Shown in pieces: positions 1-11,760 of a stretch of 64,000 bases of DNA. The notes under the pieces were generated by a model. It saw only the letters and a list, made by a program, of their open reading frames with translations. It was not told where the DNA came from and did no database searches. Made by a program: the position numbers and the translations under genes. The number at the start of each line of letters is the position of its first letter. Position 1 is the first letter of the stretch. Source of the DNA: Lama glama (Eukaryota); NCBI GenBank assembly GCA_028534125.1, contig CM052816.1:78556001-78620000 (forward strand). The letters run 5' to 3'.

Positions 1-71
1 GAGTGTGTTTCTGTTTTATATATTCATTTTTACTATTTTTTAGATTTCACATATAAGTGATATCATTCAGT
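1..71 (-). mobile_element. L1 3' UTR fragment, cut by the window edge
   Basis: ttttagatttcacatataagtgatatcattcagta is the antisense of the L1 3' UTR motif; the same motif occurs sense at about 6165-6190. Confidence 0.75.
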
Positions 72-772
72 AGAGACATAACCTTTCTAAAGGCATGTGT
101 TATATATTTGTAAAATGTAGTGGAGTAAATTTTTTTCAAGCCAACATGAATGAAAGTCATACTTTTTCTGTTGTGTTGTTGAGAAACATTAAGTGATAGT
201 CTAATATTTCATGAATAATTATTTACACCGTGCTCTTTTGGTGAAAGAAATCACGTATAAATGCCTTCCTTTTCTGTAGATGTACTAACTCATAAATACA
301 GCAGTTTTCCCTCCTATTGTCTAAATGCATTGTACATAGCTAAATGGCAAACTTTTAAGACCTAAATCATCAATCTGCCTTAAATAACATTTGTAGAATG
401 AAATAGGGTATAAATAAATATAAATAAATAAAATAATACTAAATGTAATTTGTGTCTTTGTAATTAGCTGTATAACTTTTATAATTAACTAGCCAAAATA
501 AACATTTTTTGTATTTAGCTTAATAACCTGCACTGTACTGCCTTCCTATTTTTGTTTCCTTTTTACTACGTGACATGTTTTAAAAAATGTATTAATAAAA
601 ATATTGGTTTGTTTATGATTCATTTTTCTATAATCCACTAAAGTGTCATCTACTTTCAGTAACTAGAAAAAATAGCAATATTTACTCTAAAACAATGCTA
701 TTTTTCAAATAACTGTGTTCAAATACCTATTTTTCAAACTGCTCTGTTTCAAAATGCTACGTTTGGTTTAGC

Positions 773-1261
773 TGTGGAGGGCAGAATACTGCACCCAGCC
801 TCCCAAAGTCTTGCCCTAATCGCAGGCTTTGCAGATGTGATCAAAAGTATGACCCTTGAGATGAGAAGATGATTCTGGGTTATCCTCGTAAACCGAATCT
901 AATCATGTGAGCCCTTAAAATTGGAGACCTTTTCCTGACTGTGATCAAAGAGAGTCCCCAACAGAAGAAGGGTCAGACAGGTTTGATGTGAGAAGAACTC
1001 ATATCAATCCACTGTTGCTGGCTTTGACAATGGAAGAAGTGAGCCATGAACCGAGGAATGCGGGCAGCCTCCAGAAGCTGGAAGAAAGGGAACAGATTCT
1101 CCCCCTAGAGCCTCTAAAAAGAAATGAAATGAAATACAGTTCTGATACTTGATTTTGACCGCCTTGAGACCCATCCCAGAACTGTAAGATGATATATTTG
1201 TGTGGTTTTAAGTCACTAAATTTGTGATAATTTGTTATGGCAGCAGTAGAAAACTAAAACT
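773..1261 (+). mobile_element. MaLR solo LTR (MLT1D/E-like)
   Basis: Starts tgtggagggcagaat, contains ctttgcagatgtgat and gaacagattctccccctagagcct, and ends aatttgttatggcagcagtagaaaactaaaac, all typical of MLT1. Confidence 0.85.
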
Positions 1262-1679
1262 GTTTCTCCAACCCAAGGGTTGAAGAAGGGACCTCTGATT
1301 GTGATGGAAAGGCCTGAGGAAGGCCACAGGCCCACCTATGATCTTCCCATTTCCTGCTTGCATTTACTTGTCCCTTCAACAATGTAACTTTTTATCTGCT
1401 TTACAATGTCATTGACATTCCATGTGAGATTTATTTGGGGCTGGGGTGGGGAGGGAACCACTATTTAAAATTAATACTAATAAATCAATAAAAAATGTTT
1501 AAAAAAATTAATACTATATATATACTTATATATATAGTGTTAATTTAATAATAATATAAGCTAAATAAAAAAATCTATTCATGCATGGATTTATTTATAA
1601 ACATTTATTTAAACAAGCTTTACACATTTTAAAACAATAAATAAATTTTTGTTTCCCTGCAGAAGTGGTTATGATTAGT

Positions 1680-2000
1680 AACAGTTAAGGCTTAGGCTTT
1701 AGCACTATACTGACTTGGATTTAAAATACAGCTCTGACACTGACCAGATGTAAAATTCTGAATCTCAATTTGTTCATATCCGAATGATAAACAACAGCAA
1801 TACCTATCATTTGTCGAATGTACTATGCACTCAGCATGTTTTCTGAATTAATCATTTAACCCTCCCAAACTAAGACCAGTAATAAGATGATAAGTACTCT
1901 TATTATCATCATTCTGCAGATGAGGAAACTGAAGAATAGAAGTTAAGTGGCAAAACCTAAGCAATCTGGCTGCAGATCCTGAGATCTTAAACAACTATAC
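1680..2000. mobile_element. Two MIR SINE fragments in opposite orientation
   Basis: Sense core ctgaatctcaatttgttcat, then antisense core cattctgcagatgaggaaactgaag. Confidence 0.7.
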
Positions 2001-2234
2001 TTTGCCTGGACTTTGCCACCTCCTGACATAACTAAACAGGAATGAAGCAACAACTCAGGTACTCAGGCCAACCATAAAGGTGAAATTGTCTTCACCTCAC
2101 ACATCTGAGCTGGAACTAAGGCTGGAGGGGCAATGGCAGTGACTCAGGAGATGGCAGAGCACTAAAACTAGCTGACATCACCAGAAAGAGAAACCAATCA
2201 AGGGCTGAACACAATGGGGAATTAATGAGATGAT

Positions 2235-2490
2235 CATAATGACTACTGTCAATCTAATATTTATAATATGTCATGTACTGAGCTAAATATTATACATATA
2301 TTACCTCATTTACTCCTTAAGACCTATGAGATAATTACTACTGTTTTCTCCATTATGCAGAGAAGGAAATTAAGCCACAGAGAGGTTAAGTACCTGGACC
2401 AAGGGTCAACCAATGAGGAAGAAACAAAAGTGAGGATTTAATTGAGATTGCCTTACTCTAAAGACTAGGCTCTTGGCCAGCTCACTGCAC
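2235..2490 (-). mobile_element. MIR SINE
   Basis: cattatgcagagaaggaaattaagccacagagaggttaagtac resembles the antisense MIR core. Confidence 0.75.
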
Positions 2491-2829
2491 CGTATTAGGC
2501 TGGCAGAGACGGAAGCTTGCAAATCTATGAGCTCCTCATCCTCCTACCCGCCCCCCCCCACCATGTGAATGAATGCGATGACTGAGCAAGGACTCTGGAG
2601 TCCAAATTTCAGGAATCCCTAAAATATATCTACTTTTTGCCCGCTAATGTATGAACAGAATGTGGGTAACTAATATAATGACCAGTTTGATGAGCTCCTT
2701 TAAAACACCTAAACTTACCCAGGCAACGTGCACCAAGATTTTCCCAAGAAGTATCACTCTAGAAATGTAACAGTTGTGCCTTTAGTTCTGACCCACAAGC
2801 TTCTCTTGCTCGAATCTTTTGAAGAACCA

Positions 2830-3020
2830 TTGTGAAGTTGAATCTTGTGTCTGCCACTTACTTGCTCTTTGACTTAATGCAAATTATTTATATTTCTGAG
2901 AAAGTTACTTGCCCCATCTGAATATGGGTGTATAAATACCTCATATAGAGTAGCGAAAGGGTTAAAGTAAGATCATAAATTTGAAAATGCCTGGCATGTA
3001 GTGAATGATCAGTAAAACTG
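2830..3020 (+). mobile_element. MIR SINE
   Basis: gttgaatcttgtgtctgccacttact ... gcctggcatgtagtgaatgatcagtaaa. Confidence 0.7.
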
Positions 3021-3224
3021 AATTAACTGAAATAAAATAGCCTTCTGATTTCCAGCTTCAAATTGTCTCTCCAGCCTCTTTCTGCTTAACTTCTGTCTGA
3101 CCTGCAATGATTGCTCCTGGTTCTGGAGTTTCAGCATCACCTTCCAATTTCTTCCCCTCTGGCAAACTCAGCAACCACCTTCATGGCCAACATGGGGGAA
3201 GGTCTGGACTCAGGAACAGAGCCT

Positions 3225-3578
3225 CCTGACACTTAGACTAACAGAAGTACAACATGAGATACAAATGTTATTTTAAAATTTTCTAGTAGCCACATCAAAA
3301 AAGTAAAAAACAAAAAAACAATAATCAGAAAACACAAAACAGGTGCAAAGAGTTGTAACTATATTTTATTTAACCCAATATACCTAAAATACTATTATTT
3401 CAATGTGTAATCAAAATAAAAAATTATTAATGAGATTTTTACATTCTCTTTTTCATAACGCCTTCTAAATCCAGTGTATATTTTATATTTATAGCACATT
3501 TGAACTCAGACTAGACACATTTAAGTGCTCACAAGCCACCTGTGTCTAGAGGCTACCCCATTGGATAGAGTGGTTCTA
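3225..3578. mobile_element. hAT-Charlie DNA transposon relic (MER33-like)
   Basis: aaattttctagtagccacat, tatttcaatgtgtaatcaa, atagcacatttgaactcagactag and ggctaccccattggatag match the MER33/MER3 pattern. Confidence 0.8.
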
Positions 3579-4296
3579 GATCTTACTTCCATTGACTTTT
3601 GAGACATAGTGATTCCAATCTATTTTGTCCTGTGTCCCAGTCCTGTGACTAGGCTATTTGTCTTGGCTCTGATGTAACTTCCTATTTCTGGACTTCTGTT
3701 CACTTTGACCCTGAAACTTCTGAATTTCTAATACTGGAAATGGACTCTGCCTTTGTCTCTCACTACCTGCTCCCTGTTACTAACATTGCCCTGTTGCTAC
3801 CTACTAAATGTGACATGAGTAATTATCTAGGCTTCTCTGCATTAGAAGGGAGTTCTATTTTATAGGAAAAGTATCATTGAGTGTAAAAACATGCTGAATT
3901 CTCTATGGCTCAATTAAATGTACCTGTGAGGAGATTAACTACTTAGAATAAAAGACTAGTATCTGGTTATCACAGCTACCTATAGCTGCTTACTACTTGC
4001 TGGCAGAGTTGACAGAGGAAAACCACCTTTGAATATCAGAAACTGAATATTACCTTGGTCTTTCTCTTTAAATTTTTTTCTGTAAAAATTCTTAATCCTC
4101 ACCCCAGGCAATTGAATAATTCAATGCTTCAAGTAGATTGGGGCCAATGTCATGTGCTCAGAAAGGCAGGGAAAAACAAAACAAAACAAAACAAATCCAC
4201 AATAACTTCCAAAATATACCTGATTCTTCTCTTCCCAGTTAAGTTGGAAATCTCAATAGCCTTTTATTCTTCTAATTTTCCTTTGAAGGCAAAACC

Positions 4297-4615
4297 CTAT
4301 GGTTGCAACTGCATGCTCACAGGCAAAATTTAATCCTGAAAATGTGTTTTGTTGGCTCACACAGAGTTTAAAATTCTTTTGCGCCAACATTAGAAATTAG
4401 GGACTTTTACATAAACATTCAGTTTTCTAGCTTCCCTTAAAAAATTATAAGATTCATGCACATTGAGCTATCTTCTTGCATGGTGCATTTTGGCTGAGCT
4501 GGACTTGAGAGGATCTATACTCTTTCTATTTTGATACGGTCAATTACCCCAGCTCATTTCTTTCATGGAAAAGATAGATCTGTCCTCATCTGGGCCCTTG
4601 AGTTGGCAACCTCCA
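4297..4615. mobile_element. hAT-Charlie relic (MER102/MER103-like)
   Basis: tgtgttttgttggctcacacag and gacttttacataaacattcagttttctagcttcccttaaaaa. Confidence 0.6.
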
Positions 4616-5364
4616 TAACTTATCACACATGTCTGCCCTTTGTCTTCCACTTTTCTCTAGGGTCCAGGTTGTTTCTTGTTTTTGAGAGGCCTTCTTTTTA
4701 GCTCCTGAATCTTCTGAAGATTCAGATGGGGCAGAACAATGAAGATAAACTGGTTAAGTCATTTAGATATTTGTTAAGTCTCAGGGGCAACTCAGCCAAA
4801 TTCCTTGATTGCCATGTGTTTTAGGGGACTTGTTGGCCAATGATCTGGGGAAATTCCTTTTCCTTGCTAGATCCCTGGAAATAATAGGCCATTTTGTAAG
4901 CTGCTGAGTGAAAGTTTCAGATGTCAGTCAGAATTATTTTTCAGCAAAGTTCTACTCAAAATAATATCAATAAATAAATATTACTCATACTAGTTACTCA
5001 ACACTCTGGTGGTGCAGTCTCTTTCCTTAATGGTTGAACTATTTAAACAACAACAAAAAGCAGGAATTAGAGATCCCTACTCTCCATCCCACCCCAACCA
5101 CCTGTCCTAGGGGAGACAGAAAGATTTTTTCTAGGTGGAACACCATATCCACAAACTGGTTGTCACTTTCTTCCTGACAGTCTTTGATTAACAGTTTTCC
5201 TTTCTTATGTGGGGAACTGAAAGGCATTTTCTCTCAGAGTTTTTTTTTTTTTTAATCAGAGATGACTCAATGTAAGTTAAAAAAAAAAAAGAAGAGTAGT
5301 CCATAGACTACAATATTTCCTTGTTATCATTTATATAAATAACTTCATTAGCAAGAGGGAGCCT

Positions 5365-6516
5365 ATCTGACATAAATCATAGCAATGTTCTCCTAGGGCA
5401 GTCTACCTAGGCAGTAGAAATAAAAGCAAAAATAAACGAATGGGATGTAATTAAACTTATAAGCTTTTGCACAGCAAAGGAAACCATAGGCAAAACAAAA
5501 AGCTAACCTATGGAATGGGAGAAAATATTTGCAAAAGATGAGACTGACAGGGCTTAGTTTCCAAAATATATAAATAGCTCATACAACTTAAGAAAAAAAA
5601 AAAACCCAATCCAAAAATAGGCAGAAGACCTAAACAAACAACTCTCCAATGAAGACATACAAATGGCCAATAAGCAAATGAAAAATGCACAATATTGCTA
5701 ATTATCAGAGAAATGCTAATCAAAACTCACACCAGTCAGAATGGCCATCATTAAAAAGTCCACAAACATGTGGAGAAAAGGGAACCTTCCAACACTGTTG
5801 GTGGGAATGTAGTTTGGTGCAGTCATTATGGAAAACAGTACGGAGATTCCTCAAAAGACTAAAAATAGACTTACCATATGATTCAGCAATTCCATTCCTG
5901 GATATATATCCAGATGGAACTTTAATTTGAAAAGATACATGCACCCAATGTTCACAGCAGCACAATTTACAAGAGCCAAGACATGGAAACAACCTAAATG
6001 TCCAGTGACAGATGACTGGATAAAGAAGCGGTGGTATATTTATACAATGGAATACTACTTGGCCATAAAAAATAACAAAATAAATGCCATTTACAACAAC
6101 ATGGACGGACCTGGAGAGTGTCATTCTAAGTGAAGTAAGCCATAAAGAGAAAGAAAAATACCACATGATATCACTTATATGTGGAACCTAAAAAAAAAAG
6201 ACAAATGAACTTATTTAGAAAACAGAAATAGACTCACAGACATAGAAAACAAATTTATGGTGACCAGGGGGAAGGTGGGTGGGAAGGGATAGTGATAAAT
6301 TGGGAGTTTGAGATTAGCAGATACTAACTACTATATATAAAACAGATAAACAAGAAGTTCATACTGTATAGCACAGGGAAGTATATTCACTATCTTGTAG
6401 TAACCTATAATGAAAAAGAATATGAAAATGAATATATGTATGTACATGTATGACTGAAACATTATGCACAACATTGTAAACTGACTATCTTCAATAGAAA
6501 AAAAAAAACAAAAACA
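5365..6516 (+). mobile_element. 5'-truncated L1 (ORF2 3' end, 3' UTR, A-tail) with TSD
   Basis: The ORF track shows decayed ORF2 C-terminal peptides ([26 protein letters not shown]). TSD: aagagggagcct at 5353-5364 and aagaggaagcct at 6517-6528. Confidence 0.95.
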
Positions 6517-6719
6517 AAGAGGAAGCCTTACTGTGCCGCACTTTCCTGATGAAAGTCTGAAGTTCAGATGTTTACTGGCAAAGCAGCACTGTAATATGGC
6601 AAGTGTCCAAGAAAGCCCCCAGTTGACCCACTTCTTAAGGATTATCTAAGAGTCTCAGAATCCCATCTTAAAGTTTCCTTTACTTCCAGCCTAAGTCTAT
6701 TCAAAATGTCACCTTAACC

Positions 6720-6860
6720 CTGTTGCTCACAATCTTCAATGGGGGAGCTTGTTACAATACATATTCCTGGTGCCCACCTTTAGAGAACTCCGATTTTACC
6801 AGACCCTGCAAGTAATTCTGATGCAGGTGATCTGTGTACACATATTGAAAAATCACTACA
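6720..6860. mobile_element. MER5-like hAT relic
   Basis: ggggagcttgttacaatacatattcctgg ... aagtaattctgatgcaggtg ... ttgaaaaatcact. Confidence 0.65.
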
Positions 6861-7217
6861 TAAGGGCAGCTAGCATTTTGGTTTTAAAATCACACTCAGG
6901 ATATAACTACCTAATATTCTTTTCTGCAAACATATTCTAATGTTAGTGGTGGGGCTTGAGAGGAGATTAAATACTTCAAAAGTTGGCACATCATAATGGT
7001 AGGGAAAGGATACTTAAAATGGGGACTTTGTGGGTACTTAGTTCTTTATAATGTCATAAAACTTCCTTTCTAGTGACAAGATCTTCTCAGAAATGAGAAT
7101 AAGTGCACAGCATAAGAAAGGGAAAAGAATTTCTCTTCAAAGGGGGCGTCATTAAGAGGCTTTAGATAGTGCTTAAAGTTAAGAGAACAAGCAAGGTGTC
7201 ATGTTTTAATTTTCAGA

Positions 7218-7750
7218 AAATCAGTTAAGATTTTCTACTGCAAGTAACAGATTACCCAGCCATTAATTACATAATCCATGAAGACATTCAATTATCTATC
7301 TCATCAAACAAGAAGTCTGCTGATAGGAGTTTCCAAATGTGAAGCTCAATGGTCCAGGCTCACTCTTTGCCATCCTCAGAACGTTGGCCTATTATTCCAA
7401 ACTTATCTTGGTCCTCATGGTCACAAGACGGCTGCATCTTCAAATATTCAAGGAAATAAAAAAGGATCTTCTCTGAGCAAAATTCTTCCCAAAGTGCACC
7501 CAACAGATTTTCCCTCATAGCTCATCGATCAAAACTAGCCAAAACCAAGTCGCACCAAACATTAACAAAGGAGAATGAGATTAAACTCCTTGTTTATACC
7601 AATTATGGTCTATGCCCTGATCTGGAGGGAGAGTCCACCTTTTATGAAAATGCTTCTGCTAGAAAAAAAGTAAGATCCTTTAAACTGATATATAAACCAT
7701 AAAGAATAGATGAAATAACAATAGATGGGCAACCAATCATATCTGCCTTG
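7218..7750 (-). mobile_element. Old MaLR LTR (MLT1J/K-like)
   Basis: tcagttaagattttctactgcaagtaacaga ... cctcatggtcacaagacggctgc ... tgggcaaccaatcatatctgcc. Confidence 0.65.
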
Positions 7751-10700
7751 GTTTTGAAATTTTCCTCTGGCTTTTAGTGTTTGCAGAATCCTAGGAATGC
7801 ATGGAGGGTGGGTGGTAGAGTGGGAGGGAGGGCTTATGGTCAGAATTGCTCCTGGGCATGATGGGGGTGGGGTGGGATGGGAGTGGGTATGTGGTAGGTG
7901 ACCTGGAATAACAGCCGGCTTTCTTTTTTGTTATGTTGATCAGTCATGCCCTAGCTGAGGATGACTTGGTAAGAACTAGAAGTGTTTGTAAAGCTCGTAT
8001 TGCCACAAAGAATAATAAAATAAAGTGACAGCAAGCTTGTAACTCTTTTGTAATCTAATAACCTTTGATTATTTCCAAAACCTACCTGGAAGATTGCTTA
8101 TTGCAATAATTCAGTATTTTACCACCTTCTACTTAATTATAAAACAAAGTATTGTTTCAGCGTCTTACAGCTCACATGAAAGACTACCACAAATAACACT
8201 GTATAGTGTTTGCTTTTATCTTCAACTCTCGAGATCCCACAAGACATTTAGACAGGTTAGGGGAAAAAATGTCAACCATATATGTAATGCATTTGTTTAC
8301 TTTATGCTTTGCTTTGTTCCAAAAATACTTGAAGTGGCTTAAAAGAATGCACCTCGTACAAACAGATAATAATAAATGGAAATGTCAGTTGATCACTTAA
8401 GTAGGACAAAGTTACTGTTTTTAAATTATATGTAATGCAAAATGATGAAAATGAATTTAACCTTTTCAGAAACTGTTAGACTTTCAAGGTTTATTATTTC
8501 AAAATTAAAATCTAAATTATTGTATTGAGAAGTCTTTGCTTTCTACATTGTTCTCATTAGAGTTGTTTTAAACAAAAGAATTAGTTTCTTTTATAACAAT
8601 TTCAGAACAATAAACTTCAAAATTAATACTTGTGTCAAAACACAATACTAAATACACGTTATTGAAATTTTTACTTTATAAAAATTGAATTTCTATTTCA
8701 GAAGTAGAGTTTATATTTAATAACTATTGACATTTTAAACATTTAAAGGCTCTATTGATATGAATAATATTGAAAAAATAGATATTGGTTTATCTAAGAC
8801 TGTAATATCTTAATAGATATATTTTAACATTTTACAAGGAAGTTAAATTTCATTTAAGTAAGTTGGAAATTACTGTTGCTTCAAATAGTGCAATGCGATA
8901 CTCTTCAACTTTAATAACTGTTTTAAGAATATCATCCTTTCCTGAAATATGAAAGAAATAGACAATGGTGTATAATATAGTCTTTTTAAAGTAAAGCCTT
9001 ACCTTTGGAAAATAAATCCTGGAAAATGGCCCAATAATAGGGATTTACTTGAATTTTTTTTCAGTTAAACAACAGTAAAGATTTTAATCTTTTACCTCAA
9101 AAATGAAAAACATTCCATCTGTGTTAATGGCTTTAGATTATTAACTTTAGGATGTCAAAATGGTTAGAATATCAAATTCTTCATATTAGACTTCATCATG
9201 AAAAACAAGCTCAACCTAAATGACAGTGTTTCTTTTTTACCAGCTGTATATGTATGTGTGTATGTGTATGTGTGCGTGAGAGAGAAAGCTCTGAGAAACT
9301 TTTCATAATCATTTAAAATATGATTTTGAAGAACTAAATGTGAATCATTGAAATAGCTATCTGATTAATTCTCATTTATTCAAAAGGGTTTTTAAAAAAG
9401 TATTCAGGCTAATGATCAGCAAAACCAAAGCACATAAATCACATAGCATAAAAAGTTAACCTATGGAGAGGTTGAGTTAAAAATGAGTGTTCTAAACAAG
9501 TCTGGGCAAATGAAGGTTACATTAGGCACTGATTGTCGAAAGTTAAATATTAATTAGAAAAGCACTCTACTTGTTTTCTTTCAATTTACTTTATATGTGC
9601 ATCATATTTCTCATTTCACTTAGTAATGTTATTAAAATATAAATATAAGAAGTTACACTTTGGAAAAAGGAAAAAAGGTCTGGAAAATTCACAATCTAAC
9701 ATGATTCTTGGGTAAATACACCAAGGGTAAAAATACCATTGTGACTCATATGTAGTAGGTGCTCAATAAATAATTACTGGAAATAAATGACTATGATGGG
9801 TTGATTGGGGCAGCAAAGCTATGTGCAGATTCAGTTCTTCTTAGTTATGAATAAACACCTTGAACATTGTTAAGGTTAGTCATACTATTACAAAGAGCAG
9901 CCTCTTCATCTAGTACGCCGTGCTTCTAAATGAAGAAAAACACTTGGGAAGCAAAAAAAGATATTATATAATTGTTGAAGAGGGGTTTGCCCAGAAAGTC
10001 AGAAGTAAAACTTTTTATTCTTCTATCTAATAATGTTTGACACAGTTGAATCATGAGTATTGCAAAGACTTGTTATCCTAAAATTTAATGTAATCACGTT
10101 AATCTTGTTTCAAAGTTCATCTGATATGTGTGATGACAGCCATAATTGTACTATGCTGCCTGATCTTTAGGCAACAGCAGTAACATGATCACAAAATTGG
10201 ATGTATGTATGAGCAAACATTCTATTTACTCTCTCATCTTTGCTTTAATCTGGAAAAATTAACTGAGCACCTACTAGTGCTGGAAGCATGAAAAAGAAAA
10301 AGAACTGTTGCATATTGTGCATATTATGTCTACAGGCCAGAAGCAAAGTTTATCTAAGATAGATTTTAGGATTAAAGACTGTAGGTGTAATGAGTTTGAG
10401 TACTTCAGTATTACCTATGAATTTTCATAATACCAGCTTCCTATTGACCAGATGATATCTGTAATAGATGTCATTTTGCTCAGAGTAGAATATGTTATGA
10501 AGCTTTGCACACTTTCTGTCATTAGAAATGGTAAATTTGAACTCAGTTGTGAATTCTCATGGGTAGTACCTGGCTATTTTTCTTGTAAACAACAGAGAAG
10601 ACTCTGCTCCTTAAATTAAGGTTGGAGTAATAATAATTGTCACAATTTATTAAATGTCAATAAATTTACTGAATGTCAGACTCTTGGCCCCGAGCTTTTG

Positions 10701-11164
10701 TACATCTGTTCATTTAATCCTCATAGCAATCCTGTGAGGCAAGAAGTGATCCCTCAACTTAAAGGTTGAAAACTGAAAAACAAAGAAATATTTGCTTTTG
10801 ATAAAGCCCCTTCCATGAAATTTATAAAATTTTAACTTTAATTGGAGTAATATACAAATTCTGGTTTGAATGGTCAAAGACAAAAAAAAAAGTACGCATG
10901 CAGATGGTCTGAGCTAAATAAATCATGTGCACTTGAGAATGAACGCTGTCTTCTGAAAGAGAACACGTCAGTGGCTACAGTGGATTTATTGTGTGAGTGG
11001 TTTCTGCATGACACCAGAAACCCAGGGCGGTGACAGGACAATTTAACCAACAGACAACTGGTACCATTAAGAGACATGTGGGCAGGAGGGCATGGGTGAG
11101 AAAGGAGGAGGGAGTACCCACTTACTGTTAGACACAGTATACTTTTAAAATGAGGTGGTTTTGC

Positions 11165-11760
11165 TTTTTTATTCTCAATTTTTTATTTTGAAAAAGTTGA
11201 AACCTATAGAAAAGTTGAAAGAAGAGTACAATGAACAACCATATATTATTCAAAAAGGTTCAAAAATTGTTAACATTTTCCCATATTTGCTTCTCTATAT
11301 ATAATTTATATTTTTCCCTTATTTTAAAGGTTCTTTGCAGACATCCTAAAGCTTCAGCGTGTATCTCTCAAGAACAAAGTCATTCTACATAATAACAAGC
11401 CTATTATCACAATAAATTTGACATGAACTCATTATTATTCTCTAGAATGAAGTCTATTTTCAAGTCAAACCTATTGTCCCAATGTCCCAATAATACCCAA
11501 TATAAATCATTTTTAGCTCTGCTTTACAACCCAATCACAGAGCCTACCCTGCATTTGATTGTCAAGTCTCTTTAGTCTAGAACACTTCTCCAGCCCTTTT
11601 TCATCTTTCATGACATTGATCTCATAGAAGTGTCCAGGCCACTTGTTTGGTAGTCTGTCCCTCAGTCTGGATTAATATGCTATTTTTTTCTCTTATGTTT
11701 AGATTCACATTAAATACTTTTGGTGGGAGTGCTACATAGACTATATTAAGATTAATTTTA
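11165..11760 (-). mobile_element. Old L1 3' region (L1MC/L1ME-like)
   Basis: ttttattttgaaaaagttgaaacctatagaaaagttgaaagaagagtacaatgaac ... gcatttgattgtcaagtctctttagtct. Confidence 0.75.

Noticed and set aside
280..600. Possible plus-strand terminal exon (ccttccttttctgtag| followed by several AATAAA)
   Set aside because: Most AATAAA hits lie in a (TAAA)n tract, the peptide is unrecognised, and no upstream exon is visible.
5508..6166. Overlapping ORFs on both strands (also 17149-17693, 23380-23706, 26711-26968, 29294-29533)
   Set aside because: Sense or antisense readings of decayed L1 ORF2, not host genes.
8870..9018. In-phase minus-strand exon pair giving DLFSK-GKDDILKTVIKVEEYRIALFEAT
   Set aside because: The implied intron (8942-9002) is only 61 nt, below the usual mammalian minimum. 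The peptide is not recognised, and AT-rich DNA yields many such sites.
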